30,073 nucleotides of DNA from contig CAYPUW010000001.1 in assembly GCA_964413925.1 (NCBI GenBank), forward strand, positions 1-30,073, read 5' to 3'. Position numbers and translations under genes: made by a program. Shown piece after piece: positions 9,009 through 17,725 of the stretch. Under the pieces are notes generated by a model. It did not search any database, had not been told where the DNA came from, and saw only the letters and a list, made by a program, of their open reading frames with translations. The stretch is from an uncultured Rhodobacter sp. Its GTDB lineage: Bacteria > Pseudomonadota > Alphaproteobacteria > Rhodobacterales > Rhodobacteraceae. Each line of letters begins with the position of its first letter. Positions within the stretch are counted from its first letter, which is position 1.

Positions 9009-9869
9009 TCACTCCGCGGCCTGCTGCAACGCCCCGCGACCAAGCTCGGTCAATTGCGCCACCACATCGCGCAACATTTGGCAAATCGCAGCAAAATCGT
9101 CATTGGGCTGCATGCTGGCCTCATCCATGTAAATCGAGCGATCAATCTCGATCTGGATCGCGTGTTGGCCTCTCGACGGGCGACCATATTTCTGGGTCAC
9201 ATGCGCGCCAGCAAACGGCAAATTGCGCGACACGCGAAGGCCGGCACCCGTAAAAATCTCGTCAACCGCCTCGATCAAATCGGGCAGGCAAGCCGCACCA
9301 AACCGATCGCCTAACACGATATCCGGTTTCTTATCAAAGGCATAAGACGTAACCGCCAGCGCCTCATGCGGCATGGAGTGGCAATCAAACAGCAGCGCAA
9401 AACCAAACATCTCTTGGCTTTGATCGAGCAATTCCGCCAGTTTATCGTGATAGGGAAAGTAATATTGCTCCAGCCGCTGGCGCGCCTCAAGCATGCTCAT
9501 CTTGCCACTTCTGATCTCGCGGCCATTGGCCACCACACGGGGAATAACCCCAAGGCCCGATGAGATGCGCGGATTATGTCCGGTCTGGCGCGCACCACTG
9601 ATCAGCGCAGGATCAAGCTCGTCGGCAGCGCGGTTAAGATCAACGAAAGCGCGCGGAATATCCGTGCTCAGCAGGGGCGCGCCAAACTCCGGCGCGGCGG
9701 CAAATAATTGCTCGACAAACGCATCTTCCGACGAGCGGATGGATTGCTCATCCAACTGCGAGCTGCGAATAAAGCTCCACGGATAGCTGCGACCACTATG
9801 AGGCGACGCAAACACGGTCGCGGTATTGCGAACTTTCGGCATCGACAAAACAAACGAGGGGCGCGGCAT
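9009..9869 (-). CDS. N-formylglutamate amidohydrolase family protein
   Basis: SPHSG, ED.FV, RAFVDLNR, G.GVIPR, Y.PYH, DCHSMP, DIVLGDR.G, HAIQIEIDR. Confidence 0.88.
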   Translation of the reverse strand: MPRPSFVLSMPKVRNTATVFASPHSGRSYPWSFIRSSQLDEQSIRSSEDAFVEQLFAAAPEFGAPLLSTDIPRAFVDLNRAADELDPALISGARQTGHNPRISSGLGVIPRVVANGREIRSGKMSMLEARQRLEQYYFPYHDKLAELLDQSQEMFGFALLFDCHSMPHEALAVTSYAFDKKPDIVLGDRFGAACLPDLIEAVDEIFTGAGLRVSRNLPFAGAHVTQKYGRPSRGQHAIQIEIDRSIYMDEASMQPNDDFAAICQMLRDVVAQLTELGRGALQQAAE

Positions 9870-9924
9870 GTTAACCTTTCTGGTCGGCGGGTTTACGAGC
9901 AGTCTTTCATTTTAGCAAAACCAC

Positions 9925-9953
9925 TTGAACCCCAAAGCGACTCTCAGTATAGA
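9925..9953 (+). promoter_or_regulatory. Putative sigma70 promoter for tRNA-Val-rpmJ
   Basis: TTGAAC(9925-9930)-17 nt-TATAGA(9948-9953). Confidence 0.6.
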
Positions 9954-10009
9954 AGCGCGCGTGGGCGTTGCCACATTCCCACAGGATATGGCAGCGCTCT
10001 TGTCATTTC

Positions 10010-10084
10010 GGGCGTATAGCTCAGCGGGAGAGCACTTCGTTGACATCGAAGGGGTCACAGGTTCAATCCCTGTTACGCCCACCA
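10010..10084 (+). tRNA. tRNA-Val(GAC), 75 nt, CCA encoded
   Basis: GGGCGTA acceptor pairs with TACGCCC, D arm AGCTCAGCGGGAGAGC, anticodon arm CTTCG-TTGACAT-CGAAG, T arm ACAGG-TTCAATC-CCTGT, ends ACCA. Confidence 0.98.
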
Positions 10085-10155
10085 TTTCCCAAACTTGGGA
10101 ATGGCCGAACAGAATTTCAACGGCGCAAAGTGCGCCGCGACTTAGGAGAGAGACC

Positions 10156-10281
10156 ATGAAGGTCAAAAATTCACTTCGCTCTTTGAAAGCGCGCCACCGC
10201 GATTGCCAGATCGTGCGCCGCAAGGGTCGGGTTTATGTGATCAACAAAACCCAGCCGCGTTTCAAGGCGCGTCAGGGCTGA
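10156..10281 (+). CDS. rpmJ: 50S ribosomal protein L36, zinc-free type B (41 aa)
   Basis: [41 protein letters not shown] behind AGGAG. No CxxC...CxxxxH zinc set (YkgO-type). Confidence 0.97.
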   Translation: MKVKNSLRSLKARHRDCQIVRRKGRVYVINKTQPRFKARQG

Positions 10282-10301
10282 TTTCAGCCGCTTGTTATTG
10301 T

Positions 10302-10334
10302 GAAAGCCGCTAAAGGTGATCTTTAGCGGCTTTC
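10302..10334 (+). terminator. Intrinsic terminator after rpmJ (possibly bidirectional)
   Basis: GAAAGCCGCTAAAG-gtgat-CTTTAGCGGCTTTC, a perfect 14-bp stem followed by TCTTT. Confidence 0.85.
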
Positions 10335-10406
10335 TCTTTGCGCGTGGCGTCCTTTTTGGTGCCGCAATATACGTAAGCAGCCTCAGCGGGCTGCGGCTAT
10401 CTTCGC

Positions 10407-12044
10407 TCAGTTTGCCTCGGCAATCAGCCGGATCACCGTTTGCCGGTTGAGATAGCCGGTCACCGAAAACCCTCGGGTCTTTTGGAATTTGCGAATTGCA
10501 CGGCGGGTTTTCTTATCGAAAGTCCCGTCAGGCGGGCCAGCCTTAAAGCCAAGCGTCAACAGCTGCTGCTCCACCAGAATACGCCCCAGACCATTCAGCC
10601 GCAAATCCGCCTCAGCCTGTTTCGCCGCATCTATTTCGGCCTGCTTAGCCGCTTGTTTCTGCAATGCCTTCTTGCGAGCTTTGGCCTCCGTGCCAAATGA
10701 ACCGTTCGCAAACGCATCAATATAACCCTGATAGCTCGCGATGGTATTTTGCGAGCGCGCATCATCCCATGACTGGCGCTCAAGTGGCGAAACCGTGTTG
10801 AGCCGCGCCTGTTCTATCGCTGTTAGGCGCGCATCGGCAACATCGGCAAAAAGCCCGTCAGGATAGCGGAATAAATAGCGTCTCAAGCCACGCTCGTCGC
10901 CGCTGGCCGCACCGCTTGCTTGCCAATAGGCACGATCAGCGGTCTCCAGAGCACGTTGTTTTTTACGGGCTTCTTCAGCCAGTTGCGCGGTTTTAGTCTC
11001 GGCCTGACGACCAATTCTGGTGATCTGGTTATCCAGCAAAAACCCGGTCGGATTGGCCCCGAAAGCCGCTTGCCAATTCCGGATGGCAGCACGGGTTCCA
11101 CGCCCGAAAATCCCGTCAATGCCGTGGGTATCATAGCCCAGCAAAGACAGGCTTTGCTGGATTGCACGCCGCTCATCGCGCGACAGACGCAATTGATCCT
11201 CATTGGCTTTTGCCTGCTCAAGCGGCGTCAATCTTACCTGCCCGTCCAGCCAGTTTTGCGCCTCGACCACATGGTTTCCACGCGGAAAAGCATCAAGATA
11301 TGCGCGCATCGCGATCTCTGAATTAAGGTCCTGAACCGCCTGCCAATAGCCGTCATCGGCCCCGCCAAAGCCAGCATCCGCCGCCGGGCTGAGCGCTGTC
11401 AGATCAGAGACAAAGCCTTGCCCCTTAACCGAAGCCGGAGCCTGCGCCAAAGCCGCCGCAACCCCTACGCCTTGGGCCAGAAAATCGCGTCTGACCGTGA
11501 GATCAATATCGACAGGATTGCCAGTGGCCACAAAAACGCCTTGCGGCACATTAAGCGTGCCAATCCCTGATTTCAGCCCAAAACCCAGATCAATTGAGCG
11601 CGGCACCGTGGCCAGAAAAATCGCCGCCCCGCCGGGCTTTTGCGCGGCAATATCCATCAGCGCGCCAATGGAAATCCCCATATATCCGATGTTACCCAAA
11701 TCAGGTCGATCAGCCTCTACCGGCACAAACCAGGTGTCGCGACCTGAATAAACAAAGTGGCCCGCAAGCACGATCACCGTGCGCGCAGCCTCGGGCAATC
11801 GTTGCAAATAACGCTCCATCGCCTGACGGGTCTGATCACCAGTCAAATCACGCCCCGACACCACCGCATAGCCCGCACGCCGCAAGGCGGAGGCCGTGTT
11901 CAGCACTCTGGGCGCATCATACATCCAACTGGCGCGCTGATAATTACGGTTGCCAAGCACCAGCGCGACATCGGCGGCAAATGTTGCCGACCACGAGAAA
12001 ACAAGGCCTGCGAAAGACAGGAAAACTACAGATAAAATACGCAA
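10407..12044 (-). CDS. Exported protein: inactive caspase-like (peptidase C14 fold) domain, helical repeats and two peptidoglycan-binding domains (about 545 aa)
   Basis: Likely TTG start at 12044 (GGGGG 8 nt upstream) gives the signal peptide MRILSVVFLSFAGLVFSWSATFA. ALVLGNRNY...VLAGHF...WFVPVEA resembles a C14 domain. Two Q..L..LG(Y/F)..G..DG.F...TR.AIR..Q...G...TG(F/Y)L PG-binding motifs. Confidence 0.8.
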   Translation of the reverse strand: MRILSVVFLSFAGLVFSWSATFAADVALVLGNRNYQRASWMYDAPRVLNTASALRRAGYAVVSGRDLTGDQTRQAMERYLQRLPEAARTVIVLAGHFVYSGRDTWFVPVEADRPDLGNIGYMGISIGALMDIAAQKPGGAAIFLATVPRSIDLGFGLKSGIGTLNVPQGVFVATGNPVDIDLTVRRDFLAQGVGVAAALAQAPASVKGQGFVSDLTALSPAADAGFGGADDGYWQAVQDLNSEIAMRAYLDAFPRGNHVVEAQNWLDGQVRLTPLEQAKANEDQLRLSRDERRAIQQSLSLLGYDTHGIDGIFGRGTRAAIRNWQAAFGANPTGFLLDNQITRIGRQAETKTAQLAEEARKKQRALETADRAYWQASGAASGDERGLRRYLFRYPDGLFADVADARLTAIEQARLNTVSPLERQSWDDARSQNTIASYQGYIDAFANGSFGTEAKARKKALQKQAAKQAEIDAAKQAEADLRLNGLGRILVEQQLLTLGFKAGPPDGTFDKKTRRAIRKFQKTRGFSVTGYLNRQTVIRLIAEAN

Positions 12045-12069
12045 CGCTAAAACCCCCAAGCCGATAAAA

Positions 12070-13296
12070 TCAGTCGTAACTCCTCTGATCGTCGATGACT
12101 TTGCCATCATTGGGCAGAGACCCCGGAGCCACCAATATCACATCGGCGCGTAATTTCAGAGTCCCAAGTATTGCCGCATCAAACTGCGAAGCATCGGTCT
12201 CGGTGGTTTCAATCTCCAAGGTCATCACATCGCGCTGGTCGCGACGCGTGGCAATTACGCGTGCTTTCTGGATGGCAGCGTTGGCCCCAACCAGTGCCGC
12301 GACCTGCTCGGGGCGCACGAACATGCCCTTGATCTTGGTCGTCTGATCGGCGCGCCCCATCCAGCCTTTGATGCGCATATTTGTGCGTCCACAAGGGCTT
12401 TGGCCCGGCAAAATGGCCGAAAGATCGCCGGTGGCGAACCGTATCAGCGGATAGTCCGGGTTGAGCGAGGTCACCAAAACCTCGCCCACATCGCCCTCTT
12501 TCACCGGATTGCCAGTGCCGGGGGTGACAATCTCGACCAACACGCCCTCATCCACGATCATGCCATCAAGGGCCTCGCTTTCATAAGCGATGCTGCCAAG
12601 ATCGGCGGTGGCGTAGCCTTGCAAACAGGCGATGCCACGCTCGGCATATTCGGCGCGAAGCGAAGGAAACAGCGCCCCTCCGCCCACAACCGCGCGCTTA
12701 ATCGAGCCAAGGTTGACCCCCATCTGATCGGCCTTATCAAGGATGATCTTGAGGTAATCGGGTGTACCAGCATAGGCGGTAACCCCCAAATCATGAGCCG
12801 CGCGAACCTGCAATTCGGTCTGGCCTGTGCCTGCGGGAAACACGGCGGCCCCAACTGCGCGCGCGGCGTTTTCAAAGATCATGCCGGCGGGGGTCATGTG
12901 GTAGGAAAAGCAGTTCTGCACGATGTCGCGCGCGCCAATGCCGCTGGCGCATAAGAACCGCCCCATGCGCCACCAGTCGTCAGATGTCTGGCCCGGCTCG
13001 TAGATCGGGCCGGGGGATTGGAACACATGGGCAAACTCATGGGCGGCACGCGTGGTAAATCCGCCAAACGGAGGGGAGGATTTCTGCGCCTCACCAAGGT
13101 TTGACTTTCGCAATACCGGCAACTGCGCGAGATCACCAAGGGTGGTGATGCTGTCAGGATCAACCTCCCCCAGATGACGGGCAAGCCCCGGCGCATGCGC
13201 CTTGGCGTTAGCAATCTGGCGCGGCAAGTCACGCGCGAGGTCGGCGGCGCGCTGATCGGCGTTGCGGGTTTCTAAATCGTCAAAAAATTTGCTCAT
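12070..13296 (-). CDS. Phenylacetate-CoA ligase (PaaK)-like adenylate-forming family protein
   Basis: L..LP...K, DIVQNCFSYH.TPAG..FE, GTPDYL, PLIRFATGD, GRADQ..KIKG.FV.P.Q, GKVI.D.R. RBS GAAAGGG. Confidence 0.85.
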   Translation of the reverse strand: MSKFFDDLETRNADQRAADLARDLPRQIANAKAHAPGLARHLGEVDPDSITTLGDLAQLPVLRKSNLGEAQKSSPPFGGFTTRAAHEFAHVFQSPGPIYEPGQTSDDWWRMGRFLCASGIGARDIVQNCFSYHMTPAGMIFENAARAVGAAVFPAGTGQTELQVRAAHDLGVTAYAGTPDYLKIILDKADQMGVNLGSIKRAVVGGGALFPSLRAEYAERGIACLQGYATADLGSIAYESEALDGMIVDEGVLVEIVTPGTGNPVKEGDVGEVLVTSLNPDYPLIRFATGDLSAILPGQSPCGRTNMRIKGWMGRADQTTKIKGMFVRPEQVAALVGANAAIQKARVIATRRDQRDVMTLEIETTETDASQFDAAILGTLKLRADVILVAPGSLPNDGKVIDDQRSYD

Positions 13297-13355
13297 TCAT
13301 CGACCCTTTCCAAATTATCTGCGCTCAACGACCGCGGCTTACGCATAGCGTCTCA

Positions 13356-14189
13356 TCAGCTCAGCCAGCGTTTACGGCGGCGATAGGACCGGGTGTTGCG
13401 AAAGGATTTTTTCCCTTCCTCGGAAATCCCCAGGTAGAATTCTTTCACATCGGGGTTCTCGCGCAATTCAGCAGAGGGACCGTCCATCACCACGCGACCG
13501 CTCTCCAGAATATACCCGTGATCGGAATATTTCAGCGCGACATTGGTGTTTTGCTCGGCCAGCAAAAAGGACACACCTTCCTTTTGATTGAGATCGGTCA
13601 CGATGCCGAAAATCTCCTCGACCAGTTGCGGCGCAAGACCCATCGACGGCTCGTCCAGCAGGATGGTTTCAGGCTTTGACATTAGCGCGCGCCCGATGGC
13701 CAGCATCTGCTGCTCACCGCCGGAGGTATATCCGGCCAGCGATTTATAGCGCTCTTTGAGGCGTGGAAAATAGGCATAGACCTTTTCAAGCTCGGCGGCG
13801 ATTGCCCCGGCCCCGTCTTTACGCGTGAACGCGCCGGTCAGCAGGTTTTCCTCTACCGTCAGATGCTCAAAACAATGGCGGCCTTCCATGACTTGAATGA
13901 CACCTCGACGCACCAGCTCGGCTGGATTGAGGCGACCCACATCATTGCCACGATAGCTGATCGTGCCTTTGGTCACCTCGCCGCGCTCTGACTGCAAGAG
14001 GTTGGAGATCGCTTTGAGCGTGGTGGTTTTCCCGGCCCCGTTCCCCCCCAGCAATGCGATGATCTTGCCCTTTGGTACCGACAGGCTGACGCCTTTGAGC
14101 ACAAGGATCACATGGTTGTAGATCACCTCGATATTGTTGACATCAAGGATGATTTCGGGCGTGGTTTCGGTTTGTTCGGCAACGCTCAT
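13356..14189 (-). CDS. ABC transporter ATP-binding subunit, LivF-like
   Basis: GGNGAGKTT, SGGEQQM, LLDEPSMG, EQN, and C-terminal tail SYRRRKRWLS. Confidence 0.93.
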   Translation of the reverse strand: MSVAEQTETTPEIILDVNNIEVIYNHVILVLKGVSLSVPKGKIIALLGGNGAGKTTTLKAISNLLQSERGEVTKGTISYRGNDVGRLNPAELVRRGVIQVMEGRHCFEHLTVEENLLTGAFTRKDGAGAIAAELEKVYAYFPRLKERYKSLAGYTSGGEQQMLAIGRALMSKPETILLDEPSMGLAPQLVEEIFGIVTDLNQKEGVSFLLAEQNTNVALKYSDHGYILESGRVVMDGPSAELRENPDVKEFYLGISEEGKKSFRNTRSYRRRKRWLS

Positions 14190-14216
14190 GAAGATGGTCC
14201 GGTTTATGTTCAGGCT

Positions 14217-14245
14217 GGGCCAGCCCCCGATTAAAGGGCTGGCCC
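14217..14245 (-). other. 10-bp RNA hairpin just downstream of the substrate-binding protein gene
   Basis: GGGCCAGCCC-9 nt-GGGCTGGCCC, with no U tract in the operon direction. Confidence 0.65.
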
Positions 14246-14264
14246 GGTTTTCAGTTCACTGCGA

Positions 14265-15569
14265 TTATTTGCAGGTCTGGGTCTGCCAATCAGGCTTGTC
14301 GGCGACGTATTTGTCGGCGGCAGCAATCAGCATAGGCCGCACAATGTCGGTCATTGGTGGGATCAGATCCGAGATACGCTTCCATGACGACCCAGTCCAC
14401 TGTTGCAAGAAGATCGAGCCACCGCCTGCATGGTCTTTGCAGGTCGATATGATCGGCGCAGTAAAGCCCGCAAACCCAAGCTCTTTCCAACGAGCGGCTG
14501 TGAGGTCCATAGCCTCCAGACCATCGCGCATGTCAGAGCCGGTGATATTGGCTTTGCCCGATATCTTTTGGGCGAGACGGATGCCTTCGGCAACAACTGC
14601 GGCGTTGAGAACACCCCGGTTGTAAAGCACTTTACCCACTTCGCTGCGGTCCTTGACCTGGCTCAGCCCTTTGTCCACGACAAGTTTCAGGATGTCCTGA
14701 ATTGCCGGGAAATCGGTGCCGTTACCGGACATGTTGGCGGCAATATAGCCCTTGCCAACTTCGCCAACCGGATCAAGGTCAGCGTTGGCGCCAGCCCACC
14801 AGTTGCCGATGAAATGGTCCATCGGATAGCGGATCTTGGCGGCTTCTTTGATCGCAGTTGCGTTCATCGCGCCAAAGCCCCACATGATCATCCAGTCAGG
14901 CTTTTCCTTGCGCACCTTCAGCCAATGCGAGGATTGCGACTGCATTTCCTTCACGCCAACCGGGAATTTCGCAACTGTGAACCCCATTGTTTTGGAGAGC
15001 GCATCAAGCAACGGAATTGGCTCTTTGCCGTAACCCACGTCAAGATAGATAAAGCCGATCTTCTTGCCTTTGATGCCACCGTCTTTGCTGTCGATATATT
15101 TAAGGATCGACGACATCTGGCTCCAATATGTTGCCGGATAGTTAAAGCCCCAAGGGAACTTTTCGCCAACTGCCGTAGCCGAAAGACCATAGCCCATGGA
15201 CAGCACCGGAATCTTATCTACCGGAGCTTTGGGGATCAACTGAAGCGTGATGCCGGTGGAATACGGATTGTAAACCAGCGCGCCATCGCCCTTGGTTGCC
15301 TCGTAACACTCAACACCTTTTTGCGAGTTATAGCCAGTTTCGCATTCGGGATTAACGATCTTGAGACCGCCAATACCGCCATCGCGCTGGTTCAGCATAG
15401 TCAGATAATCGTTAAAGCCGTTAGCGATGGGGATGCCAGCACCCGCGAACGGGCCGGTACGATAGGTCAGTGAAGGCACATTAAGCGTTTCAGCCGCGCT
15501 TATTGGTGCCATCTGCAGGGTTGCAGCCAGCGCAAGCGCGACTGTTCCTGTTGCAAGTTTCTTGAACAT
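14265..15569 (-). CDS. ABC transporter periplasmic substrate-binding protein (LivJ/K-like type I fold)
   Basis: Sec signal MFKKLATGTVALALAA..., YRTGP.A..G......G..DY...N.RDGG, CETGY....GVECYE, P.YW.Q, W.GWG-like MIMWGFG, NWW. RBS GGGAGG. Confidence 0.92.
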   Translation of the reverse strand: MFKKLATGTVALALAATLQMAPISAAETLNVPSLTYRTGPFAGAGIPIANGFNDYLTMLNQRDGGIGGLKIVNPECETGYNSQKGVECYEATKGDGALVYNPYSTGITLQLIPKAPVDKIPVLSMGYGLSATAVGEKFPWGFNYPATYWSQMSSILKYIDSKDGGIKGKKIGFIYLDVGYGKEPIPLLDALSKTMGFTVAKFPVGVKEMQSQSSHWLKVRKEKPDWMIMWGFGAMNATAIKEAAKIRYPMDHFIGNWWAGANADLDPVGEVGKGYIAANMSGNGTDFPAIQDILKLVVDKGLSQVKDRSEVGKVLYNRGVLNAAVVAEGIRLAQKISGKANITGSDMRDGLEAMDLTAARWKELGFAGFTAPIISTCKDHAGGGSIFLQQWTGSSWKRISDLIPPMTDIVRPMLIAAADKYVADKPDWQTQTCK

Positions 15570-15686
15570 TTCTGTCCTCCCATGTTTCGCAAGCAGCGAT
15601 TGTGCCGCCTACTTCAAAATTGAAACCTCTCTTTTGTGGACGGACCTGTCGGGTTTCAAAACCGGTCCGATATATGTGCAAGCGGC

Positions 15687-16763
15687 CTAGTAAGGAAATG
15701 GCCACACGCGCAATTTTTGTTTCAACATCGACCAGATACGCGCCAGCCCCCGAGGCTCGATGATCAGGAAAAAGATGATCAGCGCGCCGATGATCATAAA
15801 GTTGATATGTTCAACCGTAGCCGTATTTATGTCCAGCCCGAACAGTTTCGGCAGCGCACGAAGCACCACCGGCAGCATCCAGATGAAGGCCGCGCCAAGA
15901 TACGAGCCGACCAAACTGCCAAGCCCGCCGATGATCACCATGAACAACAACAGGAATGACTGGTTGGAGTCAAAGCTCTCAACCTCGGCCGCCCCCAGCC
16001 ACAAAAATACCATCATCGCCCCGGCCACGCCGCTATAAAACGACGACACCGCAAAGGCCGACAGTTTGGCGTAAAGCGGACGCACACCGATCAGCTCGGC
16101 GGCGATGTCCATATCACGGATCATCATCCAAGAGCGCCCGATGCGCCCATGAATAAGGTTAGACGCAATCCACGTCATCACCACCACAATCGACAGAACA
16201 ATCAGATAGCGGGTAACAGAGGAGGCCTCTGGACCAGTGACAATCACGTTCATGACTTCGCGCCGAGGCACCTCGATCGCTCCGCTGTCGTTGTAATTAT
16301 AAAGCCACGGAATTCGAATAAACGCCCATTCCAGAAAGAACTGCGCAGCCAAGGTGGTCACCACCAGATAAAACCCTTTGATGCGCAGGCTCGGAAGACC
16401 GAAAATCATGCCAATCCCGGCAGCAAAGAACCCCGACAATATAATCAGCAAGATCACGTTGGTGTCGGGAAAAATCGTCACCAGCTTATAGGCCGAATAA
16501 GCCCCGACCCCCATGAACGCGCCCGAACCAAGCGAGATTTGCCCAGTATAGCCGGTCAGAATGTTCAGCCCAATCGCCGACAGCGTAAAGATCAGAAACG
16601 GGATCATCATCGAGTCGATGAAAAAGTTGCTGCCGAAAATCGGGATAACAATGAAGGCGACAGCGAGATAAAACATGATCGCAATCCGGTCCTGAAGGAT
16701 CGGAAAGATCGCGCTGTCTTGCTTGTAGGTGGTTTTGAACTGGCCGGATTCGCGGTACAGCAT
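15687..16763 (-). CDS. ABC transporter permease, LivM-like
   Basis: GLNILTGYTGQISLG..AFM.VGAY, LR.KG.YL...T, ..IRD...AAE..G, IIGG.GS..G, C-terminal WPFPY. Confidence 0.92.
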   Translation of the reverse strand: MLYRESGQFKTTYKQDSAIFPILQDRIAIMFYLAVAFIVIPIFGSNFFIDSMMIPFLIFTLSAIGLNILTGYTGQISLGSGAFMGVGAYSAYKLVTIFPDTNVILLIILSGFFAAGIGMIFGLPSLRIKGFYLVVTTLAAQFFLEWAFIRIPWLYNYNDSGAIEVPRREVMNVIVTGPEASSVTRYLIVLSIVVVMTWIASNLIHGRIGRSWMMIRDMDIAAELIGVRPLYAKLSAFAVSSFYSGVAGAMMVFLWLGAAEVESFDSNQSFLLLFMVIIGGLGSLVGSYLGAAFIWMLPVVLRALPKLFGLDINTATVEHINFMIIGALIIFFLIIEPRGLARIWSMLKQKLRVWPFPY

Positions 16764-16768
16764 AAGGG

Positions 16769-17725
16769 TTACACTCTCTCGATGATTTTATCGCCAAACA
16801 GGCCTTGAGGACGAAACAGAAGGAAAATGAGGGCGATCACGTAAGCGAACCAGCCCTCAACCCCGCCGCCCAGAAGGCCTCCCCAATAGACCTCAAACAG
16901 TTTTTCGCCAAAGCCGATAATCAGCCCGCCGACGATTGCGCCGGGGATCGAGGTAAAGCCGCCAAGGATCAACACCGGCAGCGCTTTTAGCGCCACAATC
17001 TGTAACGCAAACGATACATCCGAGCGCGCGCCCCACATAATGCCGGTGGCCAACGCGACAATGCCCGCTGCAAACCACACAATCGCCCATATCTGATTAA
17101 GCGAAATCCCCACCGAAAGCGCCGCCTGATGGTCGTCGGCCACGGCGCGCAACGCCCGTCCAATGCGGGTTTTGCTGAAGAAAAATGCCAGCCCCGCCAC
17201 CAATATCCCAGCGATTACCACGGCGGCGATGTCGATATGCTGCAAGATCAAAATCCCTCCGAACGGCTCAAACTCGGTCGAGCCGGTGGGCAGGCCCAAT
17301 TGCTCGGTGATCATCGATTTGGTCTCGCCACCAAAGATAAACTGGCCCAGCCCGATCAGGAAATAACTGAGACCAATCGTGACCATGAACAAAATCAGCT
17401 CTGACTGATTGACCATGTGGCGCAGCACCAGCCTCTCGACCGCGACAGCCAACAGCGCCATCACTCCGATGGTCAATAACAGTGCCAAATAGGCCGGAAC
17501 ACCCGCCTGATATAGGCCCACAAGCGTCAGTGCCGAAAACACCACCATGATGCCTTGCGCGAAATTAAACACGCCGGACGCCTTGAAAATCAGCACAAAG
17601 CCGAGCGCAATCAGTGAATAAAGCGTGCCAGTGACAAAGCCCTCCCACAGCACTTGCAAAAAGAAATCCGGCGTACTGATCATGTCGGCAAACGGCGCTA
17701 TGAAGATTTGGTAAAGTAAGTCCAT
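16769..17725 (-). CDS. ABC transporter permease, LivH-like
   Basis: G...G.LYSLIALGF.LI.KASGVFNFAQG, T..G.ALRAVADD..AA...G, LGGF.SI.GA..GG, RP.GLFG. Confidence 0.92.
   Translation of the reverse strand: MDLLYQIFIAPFADMISTPDFFLQVLWEGFVTGTLYSLIALGFVLIFKASGVFNFAQGIMVVFSALTLVGLYQAGVPAYLALLLTIGVMALLAVAVERLVLRHMVNQSELILFMVTIGLSYFLIGLGQFIFGGETKSMITEQLGLPTGSTEFEPFGGILILQHIDIAAVVIAGILVAGLAFFFSKTRIGRALRAVADDHQAALSVGISLNQIWAIVWFAAGIVALATGIMWGARSDVSFALQIVALKALPVLILGGFTSIPGAIVGGLIIGFGEKLFEVYWGGLLGGGVEGWFAYVIALIFLLFRPQGLFGDKIIERV

Noticed and set aside
10010-10084. tRNA-Val as an integration site for an island
   Set aside because: No integrase or mobility gene is present, I saw no duplicated tRNA 3' end, and the flanking genes look like core genes.
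12045-12110. 40-nt overlap between the paaK-like gene and the 567-aa ORF
   Set aside because: It disappears with the TTG start at 12044, which has an SD-like GGGGG and yields a clean signal peptide.
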